Positions 57,151 to 64,000 of a stretch of 64,000 nucleotides of DNA are shown piece by piece (the first letter of the stretch is position 1; every line of letters begins with the position of its first letter). The notes under the pieces are model-generated. The model had not been told where the DNA came from, did no database searches, and saw only the letters and a program-made list of their open reading frames with translations. A program made the translations under genes and the position numbers. Source of the stretch: an uncultured Actinomycetes bacterium (GTDB lineage: Bacteria > Actinomycetota > Actinomycetes > S36-B12 > UBA10799); the NCBI GenBank assembly GCA_963842975.1, contig CAWJIH010000009.1, positions 268,310-332,309 on the forward strand. The letters run 5' to 3'.

Positions 57151-58797
57151 GTGTTGGACACCGACTTCGCGCAGATCGCCGCCATCCTGGTGTTGGCGGT
57201 CGCTGCCGGGTCGCTGGCCAAATTGCTCCGGCAGCCGGTCATCGTCTCCTACATCGTCGTAGGCATCCTGGTCGGACCCGCACTGCTGGGGCTGGTCGAG
57301 TCCAACGAAGCGGTGGAGATCCTCGCCGAGGTTGGCATCGCCATCCTGCTCTTCCTCGTCGGCCTCAAACTCGACATTCACCTGATCCGAGCCACCGGTC
57401 TGGTGGCGACCTTAACCGGCGTGGGGCAGGTGCTGTTCACCTCGGTCGTGGGCTACCTCATCCTGCTGGCACTCGGTTTCGAGTCTCTCCCAGCGCTATA
57501 CATCGCTGTTGCACTGACGTTCTCGTCCACGATCATCATTGTCAAACTGCTGTCGGACAAGCACGAAATTGATCAGTTACACGGCCGGATTGCAGTCGGC
57601 TTTCTGATCGTTCAGGACCTGCTTGTGATCGTCGCGATGATCGTGGTGGTGGCAATCTCCACACCGGCGGGTGCGGACAGCGGCACCAGTATGGTGACGA
57701 TTGTCGGGGGTGGAGTCTCCTTTCTGGTGATTGTTGGGCTGCTCGCCAAGTTCGTGTTGCCGCCACTGTTGGGTTGGATGGCGCGGTCGCAGGAGTTGAC
57801 GCTGCTGTTCGGCGTGGCTTGGGCACTGGCCCTCGCCGCCGTGACCTACCAACTTGGCCTGAGCATGGAGGTGGGAGCGTTTGTGGCCGGTGTGGCGCTG
57901 GCCTCCACCCCCTACCGGGAGAGTCTCGGTGCCCGTTTGGTGAGTCTGCGCGACTTGATGATCCTGTTCTTCTTCATCGAACTCGGCGCCGCAATGACCT
58001 TCACCGACGCCTTCGATCAGATCGGTCCGGCGATCCTGCTCTCGCTGTTCGTACTCATTGGCAACCCGATCATCGTGCTCATCATCATGGGCATGATGGG
58101 CTACCCGAAGAAGGTGTCCTTCAAGGCTGGACTCGCGGTCGCCCAGATCAGTGAGTTCTCCTTCATCCTGATCGCGCTGGCCTATTCGCTGGGGCAGGTC
58201 ACCGAGGATGTCCTCGGGTTGGTGACTGCGGTTGGGGTCGTGACCATCACCCTGTCCACCTACCTGATCCTCTACTCCGATGAGATCTACCAGCGAATCG
58301 CTCCGGCGCTGACGGTCTTCGAACGCAAGACCGTCACTAGGGGCCTCGACGATGCTCGTGAGACTCAGCCCTACGACGCCATCGTGGTGGGTGCGGGTCG
58401 CTTGGGGCGCCAGATCATTGAGGGGCTGACGTCTGCGGGAGCGAAACTGCTGGTGGTGGACTTCGACCCGCGCGCGCTCAAACGAGTCAAGCAATACGGC
58501 GTGGACACCCTCTACGGCAATGTGGACGAGCCCGAATTCGCAAAGTCATTGCCGCTCCACGAGGCCTCCAGCGTGGTGTGCGCGGTCGCGGTGCCGACAA
58601 CCAATCTGCTGTTGCAGCAGTCGATCCGGAGGGTCGGATTCGACGGTAGCGTGTGGCTGACTGCCCTTGATAGCCGCACGGTCGACCGGCTTGACAAGGG
58701 CCCAGGTGTGACCATCGTGCAGCCGTTCCAACTCGCCGCCGACACCCTGGTGCGGGAGTTGACCGACGAATACAAGCTGTCGCGCGGTGGAGATTGA
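57151..58797 (+). CDS. cation:proton antiporter (CPA2) with C-terminal RCK/TrkA-N domain
   Basis: About 11 TM helices, then AIVVGAGRLGRQIIEGL Rossmann motif. Confidence 0.8.
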   Translation: MLDTDFAQIAAILVLAVAAGSLAKLLRQPVIVSYIVVGILVGPALLGLVESNEAVEILAEVGIAILLFLVGLKLDIHLIRATGLVATLTGVGQVLFTSVVGYLILLALGFESLPALYIAVALTFSSTIIIVKLLSDKHEIDQLHGRIAVGFLIVQDLLVIVAMIVVVAISTPAGADSGTSMVTIVGGGVSFLVIVGLLAKFVLPPLLGWMARSQELTLLFGVAWALALAAVTYQLGLSMEVGAFVAGVALASTPYRESLGARLVSLRDLMILFFFIELGAAMTFTDAFDQIGPAILLSLFVLIGNPIIVLIIMGMMGYPKKVSFKAGLAVAQISEFSFILIALAYSLGQVTEDVLGLVTAVGVVTITLSTYLILYSDEIYQRIAPALTVFERKTVTRGLDDARETQPYDAIVVGAGRLGRQIIEGLTSAGAKLLVVDFDPRALKRVKQYGVDTLYGNVDEPEFAKSLPLHEASSVVCAVAVPTTNLLLQQSIRRVGFDGSVWLTALDSRTVDRLDKGPGVTIVQPFQLAADTLVRELTDEYKLSRGGD

Positions 58798-58934
58798 CCG
58801 ACTCAGTGGTAGGAGCGAGCCACCGGTCCCGCGACTTGTCGGTGCGGACGACTGTGGAGTTGCCATCCGGGGCACACTGAAGATACGACTGGTGCTCTGC
58901 GTCGGCCAAGGCGCCACCACGGGCCAACCTCGGG

Positions 58935-59393
58935 GTGGAAGATCCGGCAGTGAAGCCGCGGATCGGCTTCACCTTGGTGCCGGAACCAGAGTTGAGCCGA
59001 CTGCACCGGACCACCCTGCGCTCGGCCCTGGGGCTTGGGCTCGGCGCATTTGCTGTGTCCTGGACCGGCCGCCACAACGAGGTGTGGATGCTCATGACCC
59101 TGATCGCGCTTGTGCCGCCGGCGATGCCGCTCACGATCGACCGGGTTCTGCAGCGTTTGGCGGGCGCTGTCGCGATGGTGGTGCTCACGGTGGTCGACGC
59201 TGTGGTGCCTGTGGTGCCTGTGGTGCCTGTGGTGCCTGTGGTGCCTGTGCGATTCCTTGCCTTGGCGCCGGGGATAGTCCTGACGGAGGCGTACATGAAG
59301 CGTTCTTACGTCCTGTCCGTGCTGGACATCACGGTCTCATCCTGCATGCGCGTCATGCCTCGACGGCTGCAACCCGGGCGCGCCGCACGATAG
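58935..59393 (+). CDS. FUSC-like membrane protein fragment with (VVP)5 repeat
   Basis: ...LRSALGLGLGAFAVSW...WMLMTLIALVPP...RVLQRLAGAVAMVVL resembles the FUSC/ArAE N-region but is far shorter than family members. Confidence 0.35.
   Translation: MEDPAVKPRIGFTLVPEPELSRLHRTTLRSALGLGLGAFAVSWTGRHNEVWMLMTLIALVPPAMPLTIDRVLQRLAGAVAMVVLTVVDAVVPVVPVVPVVPVVPVRFLALAPGIVLTEAYMKRSYVLSVLDITVSSCMRVMPRRLQPGRAAR
59202..59246. repeat. 9-bp tandem repeat (GTGGTGCCT)x5
   Basis: Read directly; in frame within the FUSC-like ORF (VVPVVPVVPVVPVVP). Confidence 0.9.
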
Positions 59394-59487
59394 GTTCATG
59401 ATCAAGCGTTGACCTGCACTTTGTCGTCCCGGGGATGTTTCGTGGGCAGCTGCAGCTTTGCCGTCACATTCGGAGGGGAGACACCAC

Positions 59488-61203
59488 ATGGCCCAGATGA
59501 TTCCGCCGGTGCTCGAAGGGTCTGCGCCACCAGGTGAGGTGGCGTTGTTCGATGCCCTCGCCAGCGCACCTGGGACCCAGGACTGGATCGTGTTGCACGG
59601 TTTGCGTTTGTCCACCCACCCAACCCAGGAACGTGGCGAGGCAGACTTCGTGGTCGTCGCACCCGGGCACGGGGTGCTGGTGATTGAGGTGAAGTCGCAC
59701 AAGTCGGTGGGTCGCGATGCCCAGGGTCGGTGGCTGCTGGGCCGTAGTAGGGCCACCACCCGGAGTCCCTTCGCCCAAGCCGACACTGAGAAGTTCGCCA
59801 TCGTGTCGTACCTGAGCAAGAAGATGGGACTCACCTCTACCCACGTCGAATCGTGTGTCTGGTTCACCCATGCGCCGGCCCGGCGGGAATTCGTCGGGTG
59901 CATCGAATGGGAACCGTGGCAATTGCTGGACTCGCAGGATCTGGTTGATGTGGCGGCGAGGGTGATTCACGTGCTGTCGGCGGGACGCGCACACCGGGCA
60001 GCTGCTGGCCACGATTGGCCCGATGTGGTGGGTCCGGACGGCGCGACGGCGCGACGGATTGTGTCTGAGCTGAAGCCCGCGATGCATGCCGAAGTTCGGC
60101 CAGCAGACTTGCGCAAGGCCCGGGCCGAAGAGTTGGTCCGGCTCCTCGAGGACCAATTGTTGGTACTCGATTCGCTCGCCGGCAACGATCGCATGCTCGT
60201 CACCGGGCCCGCCGGATGCGGCAAGACCTTCCTTGCGTTGGAGGCGGCTCGGCTGGAATCAGAGGCGGGCAAGCAGGGTCTGCTGGTCTGCTACAACCAC
60301 GCGATCGGGGAGTACCTCAAGGTCGAGGTCACGGGTATTCCCGGGCTTTCCGTGACCACAATCCACGAACTCATGCTGGACGCTGCCGGTGCCGATCCCG
60401 TAGCCCTGAATGATCGGAGGTTCTGGGAGGAAGTGCTCCCCTGGCGAGCGTGGGAATCATTGGCCGACAAGCCGCGGCCGGCAGTTGATTACCTGATTGT
60501 GGACGAGGTCCAGGACATCTGCCGACGCAACTACCTCGATGTGTTGGATCTCGTGGTCAAAGGTGGCCTACGTGGGGGCAGGTGCCTGTTTTTCGGAGAC
60601 TTCGACGAGCAAATGTTGTACTCCGAATCGGAGCGGGCGTTGCTCGACGACGTCGCCGGCCCACTTACGGTCTTCCGGCAACGGATCAACTGCAGAAACA
60701 CCCCGGGTATCGCGCGAGTGGCCGAGAGCCTTGCTGATGATCCGGAACCCTACGCCCGCTTCCGGCGCAGTGACGACGGAGCGGTGCCGCGGATCCTGAC
60801 CTACGAATCGCAGGCCCACCAACAGGAGTTGCTGCTTGAGTGCATCGGCCAATTGCGTGAGGAGGGTTTTGAACTTCACGAGATCGTGGTGTTGAGTCGC
60901 TACCGAGATGCTGCCGCGGCAGCTACGACCGAAGACCCGTGGCTACGCGAACGGTTGCTGGATGTGCGGCGGGGAGGGGCAGTCACGAAGGGCCGAATCC
61001 GGTATTCGACGATCCACTCTTTCAAGGGGCTCGAAGCACCCGCTGTCATCCTCACTGACATCACCGAATCAAGCCGCGGGCCGTACTTCGATCTGCTCAA
61101 CGTTGGCATCACGCGGGCGCGTGATCGGCTCGTGGTGCTGGGGAGCCCAGAGGGTTTCCGGCAGCATGGGATGGTGGCGACACCTTGGTCGGACGGATCG
61201 TGA
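59488..61203 (+). CDS. NERD-domain nuclease-like protein fused to a UvrD/AAA-type helicase
   Basis: N-terminal ...GEADFVVVAPGHGVLVIEVKSHK (NERD pattern); LVTGPAGCGKTF Walker A; YLIVDEVQD Walker B; YSTIHSFKGLEAPAVIL and GITRARDRLVVLG (UvrD_C-like). Confidence 0.75.
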   Translation: MAQMIPPVLEGSAPPGEVALFDALASAPGTQDWIVLHGLRLSTHPTQERGEADFVVVAPGHGVLVIEVKSHKSVGRDAQGRWLLGRSRATTRSPFAQADTEKFAIVSYLSKKMGLTSTHVESCVWFTHAPARREFVGCIEWEPWQLLDSQDLVDVAARVIHVLSAGRAHRAAAGHDWPDVVGPDGATARRIVSELKPAMHAEVRPADLRKARAEELVRLLEDQLLVLDSLAGNDRMLVTGPAGCGKTFLALEAARLESEAGKQGLLVCYNHAIGEYLKVEVTGIPGLSVTTIHELMLDAAGADPVALNDRRFWEEVLPWRAWESLADKPRPAVDYLIVDEVQDICRRNYLDVLDLVVKGGLRGGRCLFFGDFDEQMLYSESERALLDDVAGPLTVFRQRINCRNTPGIARVAESLADDPEPYARFRRSDDGAVPRILTYESQAHQQELLLECIGQLREEGFELHEIVVLSRYRDAAAAATTEDPWLRERLLDVRRGGAVTKGRIRYSTIHSFKGLEAPAVILTDITESSRGPYFDLLNVGITRARDRLVVLGSPEGFRQHGMVATPWSDGS

Positions 61204-61263
61204 CATCAAGCCGCGTGGGTAGGGCATGCTAGGACCGGTGGAGCCGACTACAGAAGGTGCGAG

Positions 61264-61758
61264 ATGACTGACTCAGCAAGCGATCCCGGCCAGCGTGGTT
61301 CGATGCGGGCCGGTACCCGTGATCGGGATGCGACAGCCCAGATGCTGCAGGAGGCCTACGCGGAAGGCCGGTTGACTTCGGATGAGCACGACGAGCGGCT
61401 TTCGCGCTGCTATTCGGCGGTAACGATGGCGGACCTGGCCGCGCTGACGGCTGATTTGCCGGATTCGGCGCCGGCTGGCTCGACACCGGTGACCCCTGGT
61501 GCTTCCGATCGTTCGGTTCCTGCGCCGCAACCCGCGGGATCGTCCGCCGCGCCGACCTCAACGGGGTCAGTGATGAGCAGGTCGGGCTCGCAGAAAAGCG
61601 TACGGAACATCTGGATTGGCTGGCTTGCGCTGTCTGCGTTCATGGTTTTCGTCTGGGCTTTCTCCGGGATGGGTGGCTTCTGGCCCGTCTGGGTGATCGT
61701 GCCAACCGGAATCGGTGCCTTCGTGACAACCTTCACCCGGGGCGACCGGAGCGGTTGA
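61264..61758 (+). CDS. DUF1707 (SHOCT-like) domain membrane protein
   Basis: RDRDATAQMLQEAYAEGRLTSDEHDERLSR N-terminal motif; two C-terminal TM helices. Confidence 0.7.
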   Translation: MTDSASDPGQRGSMRAGTRDRDATAQMLQEAYAEGRLTSDEHDERLSRCYSAVTMADLAALTADLPDSAPAGSTPVTPGASDRSVPAPQPAGSSAAPTSTGSVMSRSGSQKSVRNIWIGWLALSAFMVFVWAFSGMGGFWPVWVIVPTGIGAFVTTFTRGDRSG

Positions 61759-61830
61759 CAGCGACTCCGGGGTGCACAGATCCCGGGTGGCACTTGTGAT
61801 CTTGCTGTGTGCCGTGGAGGCGTTGGCGGA

Positions 61831-62841
61831 TCAGCAGATGGCGCGGCGGAGGGTCTCGACCAAAGACTGGTGTAAACCTTGGAGTGACTCGGCAGACTCG
61901 GGCGCGAACTTATTGGCGGCGTGATACATGCCGGGCACCACGAGGAGTTCGACGTCCCCGCCTGCAGCGGCCAGTCGGTTTGCGTAGTCGACGTCCTCCT
62001 CGTAGAAGAGGTCGAGGTCGCCGACGCCGATCCAGGCTGGCGGCAGTCCCGCCAGGTTGTCACAGCGGCCGGGTACCGCCCATGGCCGAAGGTCGCGATG
62101 CCCGGGCGGCCCGCCGAGGTAACTGCGCCACGCGAATCGATTCGACCTGGCTGTCCACACCAGTCGGCCGCGGCCCTGGTCATCGGCCCGTAGCACAGTT
62201 CGGTCGTCCAGCATGGGGTACACCAGTACCTGCGCGGCCAGCGGCAGTTGCGCGCCATCCCGGTTGCGCTGAGCTAACGAAGCCGCCAAACCACCACCGG
62301 CGCTGATACCGAGTAGGGCGATCCGGTTGCGGTCGATTCCCAGCTCAATGGCGTCGGTGTGCAGCCATTTGAGTGCTGCGAGGCAATCGTCCAGTGCGGC
62401 CGGGAACGGGTGCTCCGGTGCCAGCCGGTAGCGGGGAAGCGCCACAATGGCACCAAGTTCGCGGGCCAGAGTTCCGGCCGCTGCGAGCTCGGATTCAGGC
62501 GCCCCCATCACGAAACCGCCGCCATGCATCCAGAGCACCGCGCCGGTCGGCCCCCGTCGATTCGTCGGCTCCACGGTTATCACGTCAAGCACATCTTGGG
62601 CATCGGGGCCGGGCACCATCCGATGGGCCACATGAACGCCATTGAGGTCCGGCTTTGAGGGTTCCTTCGCTCGCCGTGCCAGGGCAAGGGACAACTGGCC
62701 GCCGACGGAGACCGGTACCCACAGTGCCGGGCTGCGCAGGTCCTGGGCTACTGGTGCCAGCGCACTCGCTCGACGGCGTGCAGCCCAACCGAGGGCGACC
62801 GCTGTTGCGGTTGCTGCTGCAACGGCGAAGGCTCTTCTCAT
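61831..62841 (-). CDS. alpha/beta hydrolase fold-3 (HSL-type) esterase/lipase
   Basis: HGGGF oxyanion motif, GISAGGGLA nucleophile elbow, N-terminal signal-like helix. Confidence 0.8.
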   Translation of the reverse strand: MRRAFAVAAATATAVALGWAARRRASALAPVAQDLRSPALWVPVSVGGQLSLALARRAKEPSKPDLNGVHVAHRMVPGPDAQDVLDVITVEPTNRRGPTGAVLWMHGGGFVMGAPESELAAAGTLARELGAIVALPRYRLAPEHPFPAALDDCLAALKWLHTDAIELGIDRNRIALLGISAGGGLAASLAQRNRDGAQLPLAAQVLVYPMLDDRTVLRADDQGRGRLVWTARSNRFAWRSYLGGPPGHRDLRPWAVPGRCDNLAGLPPAWIGVGDLDLFYEEDVDYANRLAAAGGDVELLVVPGMYHAANKFAPESAESLQGLHQSLVETLRRAIC

Positions 62842-63081
62842 GTGGGCTCCGTCTCTCGTGCGCCGATGCGCTCAGGCTAGTGCGCCTGCTGCGGTTTGTT
62901 CGGATGAGATAGCCGGTCGTGGGACACCGGCTTCGATCCGGCCAGCGTCGAAACGACGTGGTGCGTGCCGGCAACAACCACTCCCGCGGCAGCGGGCCTG
63001 CGGACGGGATCGCCTGGCGCGGAGTCTGCGTCTCTGGATCAGGACTCCGGCGTAGGGTCTCACGTGAGGGAGGTGGTTGAG

Positions 63082-64000
63082 ATGTCTGGATCAAGGCATA
63101 TGGCCGTGGCAGCTTTGGCGTGTGTAGGAGCCCTCACCCTCGGCGGTTGCGGGGGTGACTCGCCTAGCGACACCGACGAGTCGGACGCCGCAGGACTGGT
63201 CACGGAGTCCTGGGTGACGATCGATGACGTGAGCGCAGACCTGGCGCCTCGGTTGGAGCAGGACTACGGACAAGCCCAGTTGCTGTGCGGATTGACGGAC
63301 ATCTCCGGCGGCGGTTTCGCCGCCGGCCCACTGCGTGAAGGCAACGCCATGGGATGCACCTACATCAGCGACCAGCAATCGATCGAGACCGACCAAGGTG
63401 CGGTCTGGCTGGATCTCCTGGTGCTCATGGTGTCCGACAATTCGTACGCATACGCGGTCACGAGCGGTGCCGGGGAAGCGGCGGCAGCGCAGGGGCTGCC
63501 GCGGATCAACGAGACGGTGCCGGAGTGGCTCTACCGCGACGGGCTCAGCTGCGAGCAGCTAGGCGCGCCGCTCAGCGTCGAGACCGTGCCCGGACCGGAC
63601 TTCGCCCAGGCTGCCGGGACGAACCTCGCCGGCGACGACGGCTTGTCGTATCCCGAGCTTGTGTACTACTGGTTCGACGCTGGCAGGCCCGCCGACCTCG
63701 ATCCCTCCGGGGAAGGCCGGCCGTGTAGCCAGGTGTACCCAGCAGAGGCGGTCGAGGGCTTCTTCGGCAGCGCAGTGGAGGTTGCCGGTTCCGCAGCAAG
63801 CGTGGAATGGACGGATCCGCTGATCACCACGAACGCCATTCGATCCGAACTGGCCGCTGCCGCCACGCTGCCGGAGAAGGCGACCCAGGTTGACTGCTCG
63901 CTCGTTGGTCCGGTCGCCCGAGGCAGCGTGTTCACGTGTGCGCCCAGGCTGAATCGGGAGCCAGATTCGCGGGTGGTGGCGGTTGTCCGAGCCGATGGCG
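63082..64000 (+). CDS. lipoprotein of unknown function, 3' end outside window (not in the ORF track)
   Basis: I checked frame 1 codon by codon: no stop from ATG 63082 to the window end. GGGAGG RBS; signal plus lipobox ALTLGGC. Confidence 0.6.
   Translation, partial: MSGSRHMAVAALACVGALTLGGCGGDSPSDTDESDAAGLVTESWVTIDDVSADLAPRLEQDYGQAQLLCGLTDISGGGFAAGPLREGNAMGCTYISDQQSIETDQGAVWLDLLVLMVSDNSYAYAVTSGAGEAAAAQGLPRINETVPEWLYRDGLSCEQLGAPLSVETVPGPDFAQAAGTNLAGDDGLSYPELVYYWFDAGRPADLDPSGEGRPCSQVYPAEAVEGFFGSAVEVAGSAASVEWTDPLITTNAIRSELAAAATLPEKATQVDCSLVGPVARGSVFTCAPRLNREPDSRVVAVVRADG

Noticed and set aside
58787-59401. 204-aa ORF in an alternative frame containing CGACGACGACGAC
   Set aside because: That peptide is the out-of-frame reading of the 9-bp repeat. 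The FUSC-like frame (58935-59393) at least shows membrane-protein character. Both remain weak.

Overview
High-GC actinobacterial chromosome segment (G+C roughly two-thirds by eye). All calls come from reading the sequence and the ORF translations; no database search was possible. Most of the window is conserved housekeeping synteny typical of Actinomycetes: metG-tatD-rsmA-ispE, tRNA-Gln, glmU-prs-rplY-pth, mfd, mazG, eno-ftsB-DUF501/ppx, def, tRNA-Leu. Further on are ndh, copZ-copA, an ECF sigma/RskA/fasciclin module, mshB, fdxA-dapC and gltA. The main exception is a ~9.6 kb island (about 22427-31982) downstream of a BI-1/YccA gene. It is bracketed by long direct repeats that carry a terminator hairpin and 31-bp TGATCA tandem arrays. 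The island holds a minus-strand lasso-peptide-type RiPP cluster: PqqD/RRE, transglutaminase-like protease and Asn-synthetase-like cyclase, plus two HPr-kinase-like kinases, a PAPS-type sulfotransferase and a second PqqD protein. I found three small precursor-like ORFs (37, 38 and 47 aa) that the >=60 aa ORF track does not list. They share a W-x-x-P...T-L leader. Two have an Asp at core position 8; the third differs from its paralog by a 1-nt indel that rewrites the whole core. The cluster interior is scrambled by segmental duplications that left kinase gene fragments. The cluster also sits between fragments of a pilin-like/SBBP beta-propeller gene. Three conserved genes outside the island (a DEAD-box helicase, a sensor kinase and a SurA-like lipoprotein) show frameshifts. 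At least two of these lie at homopolymer runs, so indel errors in the assembly are possible, and this also weakens any reading of the precursor indel.
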